DNA from: Vicugna vicugna
Lineage: Eukaryota
DNA: 64,000 nt
Assembly: GCA_013265495.1 (NCBI GenBank)
Contig: MU058221.1
Location: forward strand, 620,001 to 684,000
Direction of reading: 5' to 3'
Shown here: positions 51,059 through 64,000 of the stretch, piece by piece
Position numbering within the stretch: the first letter of the stretch is position 1
How the letters are laid out: each line of letters begins with the position of its first letter
Translations under genes and position numbers: made by a program
Notes under the pieces: generated by a model
The model's input: only the letters and a program-made list of their open reading frames with translations
Database searches by the model: none
Told to the model about the DNA's origin: nothing

Positions 51059-52799
51059 AAAAATGTATTTGTTTTGACAACACTCACATTGAAAGCTAAA
51101 GATGGTAACTGTTTCATAAGAGGAACGTGCACAAACACTGCCTGAGCGAAATGACCGAATTCCACGGGAACTGCTTATGCTGGGTGCTACTCAAGAAGGA
51201 CCTTAGGAGCCTTAGTGCAAGGCCAGACACACCAAAAATGCTTTCGTAGTACAGTAAGTGTGATGAGTTCTCCTGATACATTTTCTGTGTTCAGTTTCCT
51301 TTTTAAGTGTCTTACTTCCCAGAACACTTTCCTGATGCAGGATTCAGTACATGCATGTCTTTGAAAGGATGTATTTTGGACAGGCACAAACCGTTCTTGC
51401 AGTTTGCATGCGGGTATTTCAAAAAGGCTGGTATCGGGCAACTGGATGCTAATATGCCATCCTAAAGCTCTGCCGTAGATCATCCATGAATGAACTCTTC
51501 CCCATGGGAGTCTGCTCAACGACTTAACTGAATAAACGCCAGAAAATCATCCGGTTAAAAAAAGCTTCTTTCAAGTAATAAAAGACAATAGGCTTACGGA
51601 GAGGCAAAACTTGGAAAACCCAGCCATCTGCAATGAGTGAGAAATAATTAATTCTGAAAATGTTATTTGCATCAGTTTATCCCTCCAAGGAATCCAGCAC
51701 TCCCTCACTTTTCCTCAAGGCTTTGTATTTGTGTTAAGACATGTCAAATGTATGCGTCCAAGAGTCAGAAAAGGATAAGACCCTATAACAAAAATTAACT
51801 GGCACGCCTGAAAGTGCTAAGAACAACCAACTGTGCGTTAGAATCAATTCAAATATGTGGAAACCACTGTATTTTTTCCAGCACTGAATATGCAGATTAA
51901 TTCACATAGTGGGAAGCAGTCATGGAAGCAAGTGGATAATTTGAGGAGAAAAAAACAATGTAAACAATATAAACAACATTATTATACAACCCCGATTCCA
52001 CCTGGGGAAGGAGAAAGAGAGAGAAAGGGCGAGTGAGGAGGGGGAAGGACGGAGGGAGAAAAGAAATTCGTAATTCAGTCTTTTCAGTTGATGTCTGGCC
52101 AGACTTTTCATATTCTCACAGTAAAGTAAATTAACTTTCCTGGTGAACTCCACTTAATTAAATAATTTTTTTTTTGTTTTTCCTGGTTTGCAGCCTAAGG
52201 CAAATGAAAAGAGACAGAAACCCCAACTGAACCATGTAGAAAACTTAAATGACAGTGTTGCAAAATTTCTGTCATTCTTCAATGTTTGTTAGTGTCTGTG
52301 CATTTTGTGTGGGACTGGATCCACTGTTGCAAAGAACAGTGATATTAAAAAACAAATAATCCACGATGGCATATATTCATGAATCTGATATCTAATCCTC
52401 ACCCTTAAATATCACATTCAGTGCAAAGATAAATACAGCAAAACGTAATTTGGGAGTGAAATTTGGATGAGAAGGAAGTTTAATGTATATATGTTTATAT
52501 ATATACATAAAATTTTAGAAATTACGAATCCCACTTTATCTTACTCCTTTGCCTTTTAAAGGAACAAATATAAAAACTATTCCTCCGCTAACACAAAATG
52601 CAGCTTTTATGTCGTTTTCACATCAGAAGTTACTGTTTGCCTCACTGACATGTGCCGAGTGGCACCACCAGGGGCTCCCGTGGCAAGCCGTACCAGCATT
52701 CCAATTAAACCGCTCACGTGAGGTTCACCTGTGACCCTCTCTGCCTTGACAGTAAGTCATAGGAATCTGAGTCCATCTTCCTGGAGTGTTGGGAAGGGA

Positions 52800-53100
52800 A
52801 GGAGGAAATGCAACACCTTCCGTGGCATTGAAGGTGTAGGACTGGAAATAAGGGGGATCGAGAAATTGGTAAGGCAGAAAGGTTTCCACCATGGGCTAAT
52901 GCAGAGAGTGTCAGAGGCCAAGGATAAGGAATGCCTGTTGGCAAGCGAAGCAGTGATTTGCTCAGATGTCTAGATGTAGCCGCAGGGATGTCTGACATCC
53001 AGAAAATGAAGCCACAGGGCTTAGAGCTCAGGGGCAGAATTCTAGTCATAGGAGAAATGGGGAAGCTAGAATCAGAGTCCTGCACCTGGAGGAACTGGGG
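52800..53100 (-). mobile_element. L2 fragment (degenerate)
   Basis: Purine-rich with agatgtctag, tagagctcaggggcagaattctag, ggagaaatggggaag, typical of antisense L2. Confidence 0.45.
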
Positions 53101-54756
53101 TAAAAGAGAACCAAAAACATGAGGCCAAGGGAGAAGAAAGGGGCAAGAGCGATGGACTGCGGAAAGGGCCTGGGGCCTGCGTAGAGCAACGAGAGCAAGG
53201 CGAAGACGTTCAGGACAACGTCAACGTAGAGCCAGAATGACATGGTTCTCTCTATGCTGTGACGTGAAAGACATAGAAAGAGTAGTGTTTTAAATTCCCC
53301 TACTTTAAGACGAAACTGGTCATAAATTTGAGCACAGAGCAGGGCGAGTCCAGAACTTTAAAAGAAAAATTGAGTGTCCATGAGCTAATTTTTGTGCTAG
53401 AAGCAGCTCTCTGCAAGGGTTGAGATCGCTTTCCTATTCAAGTCACAGGCCTCTCCAGATAATCCACGCTGCCTCTGCGACTCCTTGTCAGCCTGTGATT
53501 AAATCGGCAACGCCGGAGTCGTGCTGTTTCCAGTTCCCTGGAGGAGATGCTAATATTTTTTTGATTCAGTGTTAGACTCCTTGAGCCATCAGCACAGATT
53601 TACGTGCCGTGTTTTCCAGACAATGGAACATGGCGCGAGATGTTCTGCTGACTGCGCTGGTTTATTTTTGCTGGGTTGCAGCTCGTGTCATCCGTCTTCT
53701 TCAGGTCAATACATAACATTGTGCTGACTTTTCCGAAGCATCTGTACTGCACAGCGTGTCCGGGGGCTGCGTCTGAAGGGAATAGGAATCAGCCAGCAGA
53801 AAGGTGTAGCATTTTTATTGTTCTGGAACTCGTTGAGCAGGACATGTTTCGAATAGGTATCCAGTGTGGATCAGCTGCTCCTTTCTTGATCTTGCTGGTC
53901 AGAGCTCCTCAAAATCCGTAAAAGCAAATGACTCTTCCAGCTGAGATGGCAATCTGACTGAAAAGGATCTAAAGTGATGCTAACATCATCATGGGTAGAC
54001 CTCAGTAGGGTTTCCTTTTAAACTTTGTGGCCACAGGTACGCTGGAGTTGTGACTGTCTGAGTGTAGTGTAAGTTTTGGCCCTCAGTAGAAAGCCGTATT
54101 TTGGGTGTCATCTGTGAAACAGTTGCTCTTGATCCTAAAGTGACATTTAAAGATTCTGTACACACTCCTTCTATGATTTCATGTGATGACACCTACTGTG
54201 GAGAGGAAGAAGTTACTCCAGAAAGGCCTCCATCAGAGATGGAGGGGCACGAGGGCGCCGTCCCCACCGGGCTGACGTTCTCTTCTCAGCTGCAGGAGCA
54301 GGGAAGGCGGGCACACATTTGACTGGCCAGGCGTTGACTTTCATATTCTATTATTCTACATCCTAAAAGTCCCACTCACGTCAGACCTCCTTGATCATTC
54401 AAGTGGAGGTGATCGATAATTACATTGAGACAACAGAAGGCAGCCAGGATTGTCCTGCACTAATGAGTTAACCACACTTAGGAAGATTCCCTGAATACTG
54501 TTTCTTTGACATTTCATAGTATTTGTTATCTACATACCGATAAAATGGAAGCATGGGCATTTTTGTGTGTCCATAATGTGTGTGTGTGTGATTTCAACAT
54601 ATTAAGAAACGGACATTTTAAACCTCTACACTGAAAAGCATGAGATCATCATTTCTACTTTCCGCAATTTGGAAAAAATCATTGTGCATAGCAGAAATTT
54701 CATTTGAAGTTGATAACAGAGCTTTGACTCCAGTGACATATGAAAGTAAGTGATTG

Positions 54757-54912
54757 CACATACACAAACACATACATGTATCTGTGTTTATATATATATA
54801 TAAAATGTATGTATAGGTGTATATACATGCACACACACATATATACACACACTACATCATATATAAAGTTACAGACTATGGGTGATGTACATATATATGT
54901 ATGTGTGCACGT
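54757..54912. repeat. (CA/TA)n low-complexity tract
   Basis: cacatacacaaacacatacatg...tatatatatata...gcacacacacatatatacacac. Confidence 0.8.
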
Positions 54913-57639
54913 GCTGCATAAAAATAAAATGTCTTCTGTGATACAGAACTAAAATAACACCGTTATGCTCTCCATGTAAGCAAGGAGACTGCATTAATGG
55001 AACTCTTGGTTGTTGACCCCATTCAATTGCTTTTAACTTATACACTCTATGCCTTTACGTTGTAAAGCTAACTTGTCTGGATTGTTGCTTATGTCAAAGT
55101 GACAGAATCTAATAAAGGAATACATTAATAAACAGTATTCTTGGAGATAAATGAAAATTGGACAGACGAAAGATTATATTTAAGAACTATTAACAATGAC
55201 AAGTTAACGAGGGATTAAGTATCGAAATTTCATGTTGGGACTGTTGCTGAAACACAGCCTCCACACCCCACACACACACTCAGCACATACTAAGAACTTA
55301 AACTTTAGACTAAATCTTTTCTCCCTGAGGTCCTTGGGCCTGTGCATCGTGACAGACACAACAAGCAGTGGTCCCTCAGCTCATCCATCCCTCCAAGAAG
55401 CCCAACTTGCAACACCATAGAAAACCTATCCAACCTTTTACTTGTCTCTCATAGCCTTGTGTATTATAACAAGAAAAGAGATGTGTGCCTGGATTTTTAT
55501 ACTTGGAAATTGTACTGAATTTGTATTTTTCATGTCTTCGTTCATGTCATGTTGGATTTTCTTTGTCCTTGCCAACAGATGTTCCCAAAGAAAAGATATT
55601 TTTGCCTCTGTGTCACCTTCGTTTTCTTGGGCTTCTTATTCCCAAGGAGTGTTTTCAGAGACGAGTTCCACAGTCATGCCCTGGAACGCTGATTTAATCT
55701 AGGGGATAAAGGACTGGCTGAGCTCTTGACTCTCCTGGGCTCTGTCTCACGTGACTAATAGAGCTTCACTGAATGCTGAGACCAACCACTGTCATGGGAG
55801 AGGATGAGGAAAGGACAGCCCTTCCGTATCCTCTGCCCAGAGAAATACTCACAACATAGGGCAGGTGTCTCAACCAACCAGCCGTGTTCCGCCAGGAAGA
55901 GGAAACCAGCTAGCCAGGTCCAGGACAATGCACAGCCACGTGGAACACGAGGACAGAAGGCCCATGGGAGTGAGTGGACTTGAGCTTCTGTTGCTTTCTT
56001 TAAGATGAACTTTCTCCATATTTCAAGCTGGTTCTCTCAAACTGCTACCACTGCTGATAAAAACTGTCTGGCCCAAAGCATGCTTGGTCTAACTTAGGGT
56101 GCGGCCTCCACTGATGTGTCTCAGCGAAGTGCTGGTGGGACCTGAAGGCCTCTCGCAGATGCGGCACTCTCTACTGTTAACGTGAAACTCACTGGTTTCT
56201 CCCTTGCGGGAAGGCGTGGCTTAAGGAAAGCAGCTATTCTCAACCCACAGAGGTCATCAATGCTTTCAAATGTCATGAAATGTTAATGTTATGCTTCAAG
56301 TTTCAAGGACATAAGGAGTCATAGTGATGCACCTGCCATGTAGTTTTCCGCCAAAAACATTCTGGTGTCACTTTGAGAGGTCCTTACTTTTCGGGTATAT
56401 CTTTCTATATAACCCTTCTATCAGTTTTTTGAACCTACTAATCACCTGGCCTTTAGAAAAGACAGTTACCCCCTAGGATCTCTATAATATGCCTCATTTC
56501 ATCCTTCTCAGCTGTTTGAAGTGCCACATATTGGATATGTGAGAACATGCACACCCTTTTCTTGTTTAATTAAGATAATTGCCTCTAGTTAACAAACAAG
56601 AATAATAAAAGTGTGAAAGAAGCTTTGACCCAGAAGTTTTCAATCTGTTTCTGTTCTGGAGACAAATTGAAAAGCCTTTCTATTCACCATGAATTTCAGA
56701 TCCACATGGCGTGCTCACAGTTAAATTCCCCTTAGAACCCTGCCTGGTTTCCCCACGTATGTCTACCTCGTTCTTCTTTCGCCTGACTGCACCGTGAAAT
56801 GTGTAACTTTAGGAATATCACACATAAATGGGTGGCATTAAAAAGCGAGAAAATGGGAACTTTGCTTTATCATATTTAGGAGCGTGTGTGTGTGTGTGTG
56901 AAAGAGAGAGAGGAGACGCATAAACCTACCAATAAACGTACATTTCTTAAGATACGTTTATTTTTTTCTCGAGTAACTTGTATTCGGTGCCGGAAAATAT
57001 TGTTCAGTGCATCTTTCAGGGCACGAGATATGAGCGTTAACTCATGTTTACAGCCCGAAGACCATGGGAAAGAACACAGAAGTCTGAAGTGTGGCGTAGG
57101 GCCAGGCGTCTGAGTTATTTGTCGGAGCTGTTTTTAATGCGTCTCCGTGCTTTGTGATGGATGTATTACTGGGGAAATTAGTTAGAGGGAAAGACTTATT
57201 GAATTTCACAGAAACATGAATATAATTGAATGCATTGTTCACTTGGTATAAATCCAACTTTATTAACAAGTGGGCATCATTCGATTGTTCCTGTTTTCCG
57301 AGGTCCCTATCCTTGCCTCCAGGCTGCTGAGAAGCTACTGGTCTTCCTTGGCATTATTTGGGTTACTTGAGGCTGAGACAGACTGGGAGTTTTGCTCTGT
57401 TTTTTTTCCCTTTGATCATCATTTGTAAAATGTGGGAAGTGTTGACGAAATTTCCAGAGTACAATGTTTTGGGGTATTATTTTGGGTGCCAAATATTACA
57501 CTACAATATATAATAGTTGATGTTCAATTTTTCTGTTTTTGTTATTTTATTCCCTTCTGCATCACCCCAAAGGGAGAAAGTCTGAAATGTAAACTGTGTT
57601 AAACGAAGCTGCAAGTGAATGTTTCACGGGTATTTAATT

Positions 57640-57800
57640 ATCACAGCAACCTGGGGGGCAGCAGCGGTAGTCATGAGTGCTTTCCCATTTTGCTCAGGAG
57701 AAAACTTGAAATTCAGAGCGTTTAACCCTAACAAGGCCCCTTTCCTTGTTGGTATCTGGACTGAAACATCAACTCTTTGGAAATCCCAGCTCTTTCAGCG
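57640..57800 (-). mobile_element. MIR SINE fragment
   Basis: cacagcaacct...ttcccattttgctcaggagaaaacttgaaattcagag. Confidence 0.6.
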
Positions 57801-57923
57801 CCAGTAATTCCACTGCTGACTAATTGGCCGTGAAACTCTGGTTTGTGAAGTGCATAAAACCGACCTGACGGAGTTAGCTTGCCTTTTGCTCAGTAACATA
57901 AATACCGGGGTTTGGGATCATAC

Positions 57924-58209
57924 CTGAGCCAAAATTGTGGCTCATAACATGCTGTGTGCTGTCAGAGCATAATTTAGTTTTTAGAAGAGTGGCGTATTGC
58001 ACAGGAAGGTGGGGGAAGGCCAGACATAAATTTCTCAGCCTAATCTGGGCTGTACAGTCAGTCGACGATGAAAACACTGGGGAGGCACTTAGAGTCATGT
58101 TCTCAACGCGGGACCTAAAAGCTTCCAGCTTCTCGTCCAACTTTCTGGGAATGTATCTGCCTGATAAATGTATACGAGGGAGTGTCTCTGAAAGACTCAG
58201 AAGCAGATT
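57924..58209 (-). other. Candidate 286-nt exon, product unknown
   Basis: Long pyrimidine tract ending ctttttcttAG (58210-58211); donor CAG|GTATGA; open throughout in phase 0 (NLLLSLSETLPRIHLSGRYIPRKLDEKLEAFRSRVENM...SHNFGS); no recognised homology. Confidence 0.25.
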
Positions 58210-60929
58210 CTAAGAAAAAGAGAAGGAAAGGGGCAGGGGAAAAGGAAGAAGCAGAGGAAGAGAGGGACAGTGCGTATGAGAGATCATACCTGAACCAAAA
58301 TTGTGGCTCCCCCCGCCACCCGGCGTTCCTTTGTCTGAAGCTAGGCTGGCGGCTCCCGGAGGCCGGCTTCGAGTTCCTGAGCAGAGCCAAGGGCTCTGGT
58401 GCGCATTCTGAGTGTAAATTATGCCCGTGTTGGGTTTTGTTTGTTTACCAATGGAGCTAAGCTAGTGCTGGCAGCCCGAGACAGAGGCCAGCCCAGCAGC
58501 ACCTGAGATGAACATCACGAGCACTTGGCATGACAGTTCATGCGCCTCTGTCTTCAGCAATTTTCTCAGTTCACTCGCTTTCTCTTTCTTCTCTCTCTCT
58601 CTATTTTTTTTCCCGGAAAAATATGTAATGTCTTTGATACCTACGCCTAAATCTGTTAGAAGTGACCGCAGAACGTGGTTTATACTTGCCAAAGTAACAT
58701 AAGACAAAAATGTGTCCAGTTGGAAGAAGAAAATAGAAGTGAGCCACTTTAACGGCTGTTTCCAAATCAAGGTGAATTGACTGTTACTACGGGAAACCTG
58801 GGGGTGGCGCCTGTCAGACTCCATCAACCAGAAGGCTAAGGCGCCAAGGGTCTTCTTTCTTTCTTTCTTTTTTAATGTCACAGACTTCAGTTCTGCCATG
58901 TAGTTAAGGTATAGTAATTTCTTTTTGGATTTAGGCTGGCATAAACTGTTTCTCTGCATGGATATGCACGGACCCTGGTACTGTGGGTTCCATGAGAAAA
59001 AAAAAAAGCACACTGATCAGTACTGCCTCGCGATTTTACCACTGTGCCATCACAGTCACCCCGATTCTCGAGGCACGGGTCACCGCCAGTTAGCTGAGAC
59101 TAGAAGTATGTGGTTTCCCTTTGTTTTGTTTTGCTTTTCATGTTTACAGTTGAGGCATTAGATAAATTATTCATTATTTGAAACAGTAAGAAAGGATTTT
59201 AAAAATAAGTTACATCTGCTAAGTCAAAAAAATCAATGTTATATACTGTCCCTTGGTAGCTAACATTGAAAGTGGTAGAGATTTAAACATACTAGACTTA
59301 AGTTTATTAAACGTAAGTATAAATTTACCATATCTACCATATCTATTTTGGGTAAAATTTCATAGATGTCTCGTATCAGGAGATAGTCGAGATGAAAATA
59401 ACACATTTTTGTTTTAAACCTAACACTTAAAAAAAACGAGCAAATTAAACATAATAAATTTAGAGTTTATAGTATCACAGCTTGTTTATGGTAAACACAT
59501 GTAAGAAGCGAGCCAGCAGTGGCTTGTGGACTGAGGTGCCCAGTTTGGGGTGATTGCTTTTAGATTGATGATTTTGTCCAGTATTTTCATGTACATTTTT
59601 TTCCATTAAAAATAGTTTTCATTATTTTTATGTTCAAATTTCAGGGGACATTTGTTATTTAAAAATATGTTAAAATATCTCTGAGCTATTTATGGAATTT
59701 GTTTTCCTACTAAGGGACATCAAAAATGTAGACCCATAATGTTCCAATTTTCACATAACTGAACATGTCAAATTTCTTGTAACTCACAAGTATAGTGATT
59801 TTTGTCTTTTTCTTTTCAAATTGTTTTTCTTTTTACAATTTTAGTTCTCACATTCCTTTTATCTTTGTAGACTTAAAAATGTTATTCCTAAGAGAACAGT
59901 GGAATCTTAGTATAACAGAGTCCTAGTGACACGTGAAATGCTGAAGTGCTTTTAGATGAAGAAAACCCATAAGAATATCTTTTTCGTCATGTAAGTAATC
60001 AATCACAAAGTGAATGAAATGAACCTTAGTTCTTTATTTACTGCATCTGTGCTCAGATTACAGTGTAAAGGGGGAATATCCCCCATTTAAAGACACAACC
60101 AATAACAGTAAACGGCAAATTTAGTTCTACAGAAAGGAAGTGACATCCTTAAGGACATTCAAAACTTTCAGAGGCACCAATACCATTTATTCGAAAGGTA
60201 CTAGAGATAGAAATCCTGAAATTGTGCTAACTGCAAATCACAGGTGAAACAAGAATTAAACATGGACTGGTAAAAACATTCGATCCACATTTTGAAAATC
60301 CCCACAACTGCTACAGAATCAGTGTCCTGGCAGACACGGGCCAACGTGAGGGGCTGACATCACTAGCCGCACTTTTAATTAGCGTTAAAGGGCCCCAGAG
60401 CTTCCTCTGCACGGGGCAGGTCCATGAGGGAGAGAGAGGGCCGTCCTCCCTCGAGGGGCATTCGTTATGTCCAGGGGCACACGTCTGTCTACTTCTGTGC
60501 TCATCACAGCCAGGGCACACTGCCACCAGTGGGGAGTTCTCCACCCACCGTGGGAAGGCTATTCTGGGATTACAAAGTCCCACAATATATGCATTAGGCA
60601 TCGGTAAGCTCAGTGACAGACCACACATACATAACAAAGTGGGTTTCAGGAGAATCTGCTCTAGAAAATAAATGCTGTATTTCCTTGTAACAATGACCCA
60701 CTCTGATTAATCTGCATTTCATTTCTCAAGCATCTCATAAATCTGCTACGAAGGGGAGAGCTACTGATAGCTTCTGAAAATTCTCAAGAAACAATTGATT
60801 ATGGAGAAGTTTACTGTTGTGAATATTCTTTGATTATTTTTGCAGTATTACTTTTGAATTTTACATATAGATGATAAAACTTAGAAGTTAATCCTTTGAA
60901 AGTAACCACTACAAATATAAGAAATACAA

Positions 60930-60932
<3 letters not shown>

Positions 60933-60961
<29 letters not shown>
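60933..60961. repeat. (TA)n microsatellite
   Basis: Perfect tatatata run. Confidence 0.95.
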
Positions 60962-60963
<2 letters not shown>

Positions 60964-61149
60964 CCCTGAATTATAGTAATTTAATGTAAAAAGAATTAAC
61001 ATAGCAAAATAAATGAATAAGTAACATTTTATTTTATAAAGTGGGTTGCCAACCTCATGACGTTGGTTAGTGGCTCCTAATGTTATTATCAGTATACATT
61101 TATTTACTATTATACATCCCATTCAACGGTTTCTATGATGACACCATGG

Positions 61150-61285
61150 CCCTAAGAATATAAGGATCACCAATCAACAGCTGAGGAAAATGAAACATAG
61201 AGAAATTACATTCCATGAATGTAACAGAAAGAGGACACAATCCCAGGGCTTCAACTCCAAAGTCTCCTATCGTAATCATAAGTCT
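61150..61285 (-). mobile_element. MIR SINE fragment
   Basis: acagctgaggaaaatgaaacatagagaa...cttcaactccaaagtc. Confidence 0.55.
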
Positions 61286-63093
61286 ATTCTTTGCTTATTA
61301 TATGTGTTTCTAGAATTCAGATTTACTATCTGTGCTAGAGCCAGAGCTGAAATAGACTTAAAAAAATCTGCAGTGACCAGTACACTGAAGCGCAAGTAAT
61401 AAGTGTACTCCACACGAAAGCCTGCAGGTTTTATAGTTTAGCCACAGGCTTGATTGTTCTAGAAGATGATTTTTAGAAGTCCTCCTCAGTGATTCGAACA
61501 TTAAGAATTAATATTCTTGAGATACACAAAGACATTTTCAACATCAAATTGTTTTGCACTTTTTCACCAGTTTTTTTTAGCAGGCTGAAAATCCTCTGTG
61601 TTGTACCCTGGGACTGAGATCTTGTTCTTGTTTCCATGGTTTCCTTGGATATTTAGTCCAAGGACCAGACTAGATCGAAAAACCTTAATGAGCCAGTCTC
61701 CTTTCTGTGGCTTCTTGTCACAATCTGCACACATGCACAGACAGTCTCTGTGTGTCTCTCAGAGCTTCACTAATTAAAGAAAAAGTTGATAGTTGTACTG
61801 ATAAGTCTATAAGGCAATATATCCAGTTTTAATACCGCAAATAAATCAATAATTAATATTTGAATTCAAATGTTAATTACTGTCACATTCTAGATGTGTA
61901 TCCCCAATCAGTAAGTCAGGTGAACCAGTTTTAGTATAATAACAAGAACGTCCTTGACCCCAAACCCCCTGGTGAGAAACTTCTGCAGCTTTAGGAAAGG
62001 ATGAAGATGGAGTGAAGCAGGGAACCACAGTAATGATGTCTTACGTGTTTACAATATAAAAATATTTACAAGACAGTTTTTATGCATTTCCTTTAATCTG
62101 ATTCTCATAACACATGGCCTCTGAACATTGCAATATATCAGTTTCCTTTATTTCATTTGTGAAAATAGATGAGAAAACTCAGTGTCAGTGATAATAAAAA
62201 TATTTCTGGAGGTCCCACTCGTCTTGTGACAAAGTCATAGTATGAATTTAAATTTTGAGCTCAGGAAATCATATTGCATCAAGTAATTACACTTTCCTTA
62301 TATTTGAGTTATCTGTTCCTACACGCACATAAAATTGAAACCAACATCACCAATAATGGGGTAAATAAAGGAAGGATGTTGATTCAAATCTGGACGGGGT
62401 GATTTTTAACCCTATGCTTCTAATTCCAGCTATAACTATTTTGAGTAAAGCAACCTCAATTAGAACATTTTTGGCAGCTCATTTACAATCAAATAATTCA
62501 AATTAATTCATAATTATAAAATTATATAAATTATATTAAAAAACTTCAGTGAAAATAATCAACCATGTAGAAAAGCAGAGAAAACAAACCAGAAAAGTGT
62601 CAGAACCTCAGGCAGTTTTATCATCCACAAGCCAGATGCTTCTCAGAATTTCTGCAAGACGTAAAGAAGGGGAAGGGAGACAGGAAAGGGCCGATCAATG
62701 TCTCGTTCACAGTGTGTAAAGAGCGAGCCAGAGGGAAGATAAAGGGCCAAAACCTCTAAACGGTTTTCAGTGCCGACTGCCAGCTTAGCGGCCAAGGGCA
62801 TCTACATTTTATAATCTGATACAATGCATTTACATTAATCTCATGACAAAAGCAGTCAGTGATATACAGAAGAACAGTTCCAAAAACTGAGACCTTTGTT
62901 GTGTTGTCATCAGTTTTTTTCTCATAAGATTTTACATGAAGCTTATAACCTGAGAGCATTGCTTACGTAGCCTTAGTATTGTTTCAAAGACCACCCTCCT
63001 GCCTAAAAATTAAAGATCAAAGATTTTCAAATCCCATCCCCTTTAAACTACAGTTCCTGCATCTGCCTGAAGTGTGGAAATGTGTCCTTTTAC

Positions 63094-63698
63094 ATCTATC
63101 CAGAGGGAACCCTACTTCAAAAAGACACCTGCACTACAATGTTCATAGCAGCACTATTTACAACAGCCAAGACATGGAAACAGCCTAAATGTCCATTGAC
63201 AGATGACTGAATAAAGAAGCTGTGGTATATTTATACAGTGGAATACTACTCAGCCATAAAAATGATAAAATAATGTCATTTGCAGCAACATGGATGGCCC
63301 TGGAGAATGTCATTCTAAGTGAAGTAAGACAGAAAGAGAAAAATACCGAATCACTCATATGTGGAATCTGAAAAAGACAGACAAATGAACTTATATATAA
63401 AACAGAAACAGACTCACAGACATAGAATAGACTTGTGGTTGCCAGTGGGGAGGGGTGGTGGGAAGGGATAAACTGGGAGTTTGAGATTTGCAGATACTGA
63501 GGGTATATATAAAATAGATAAACAAGTTACTGTATGGCACAGGGAAATATATTCAATATCTTGTAAGCAGCTCACAATGAAAAAGAATATGAAAATGAAT
63601 ATATGTATATTCATGTATGACTGAAAAATTGTGCTGTACACCAGAAATTGACACAATATTGTAAACTGACTGTGACTCAATTAAACAAAATAAATAAA
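63094..63698 (+). mobile_element. Young camelid-type L1 3' end (ORF2 end and 3'UTR)
   Basis: Highly similar to 15704-16320: agacacctgcactacaatgttcatagcagcactatttacaacagccaagacatggaaacagcctaaatgtcca...ctgactgtgactcaatt plus A-rich tail. Confidence 0.95.
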
Positions 63699-64000
63699 AT
63701 TTTAGAAAACATGAAAGAAAAAAAAACTTTCTTTTTCCATTGCTGCCACATTTCTCTTTAGCACCTTTAAAAGCCAGAGATTTCTATAATGTAGAACACG
63801 GAGATTTCAGAAAATAAAACATATTTCACTAATGCTTTGATGTTTCACCTTGGTGGACACATTCTATTGTACAGCATTGGGATCACTTCAAATCTGCAAA
63901 CATTAAATCAATCATAAGTAACTTCTTTAACTCAGTTAAGCCACTTATTCAGACAGTATAAAGAATGAAGAATCTCCCTCTTTTTATCAAAGTTTTTCTT

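Noticed and set aside
55500..55700. Exon-like segments on both strands (IKSAFQGMTVELVSENTPWE*EAQ...; MFPKKRYFCLCVTFVFLGFLF...)
   Set aside because: In-frame stop or very short frame, no convincing donor, no recognised homologue, so a pseudogene call cannot be supported
1..64000. CRISPR arrays, tRNA/rRNA/snRNA genes, NUMTs, intact ERV or L1 ORFs, prokaryote-like operons
   Set aside because: No regularly spaced repeat-spacer structure, no recognisable structural RNA or mitochondrial sequence, and no long gag/pol/env or ORF1/ORF2 frames were seen by eye

Overview
Mammalian genomic DNA: AT-rich overall with local CpG-rich patches and one 85-N assembly gap at 6380-6464. It is most likely camelid, inferred from about 8 copies of an artiodactyl/camelid-type L1 3' end and the absence of recognisable Alu, B1/B2, Bov-A2/BovB, PRE-1 or Can-SINE copies. 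The window is mainly intronic or intergenic and is dominated by interspersed repeats: young 5'-truncated L1s (several with target-site duplications, one with a twin-priming inversion), old L1M, L2 and MIR fragments, MER44, MER20, MER58 and MER5 DNA-transposon relics, an ERV1-type solo LTR and MaLR LTRs. CpG-island-like segments lie at ~6.5-6.9 kb, ~17.2-17.5 kb and ~40.85-41.5 kb. I recognise no known protein-coding gene. The only ORFs with clear homology are L1 ORF2 remnants. Several minus-strand candidate exons have plausible splice sites, including three phase-compatible micro-exons near the left edge; these are low-confidence hypotheses. I cannot support any novel multi-gene system. The best-supported oddities are local templated duplications and L1 insertion structures. 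Repeat family names come from recalled consensus motifs, not a database search, and boundaries are approximate unless a TSD is given.
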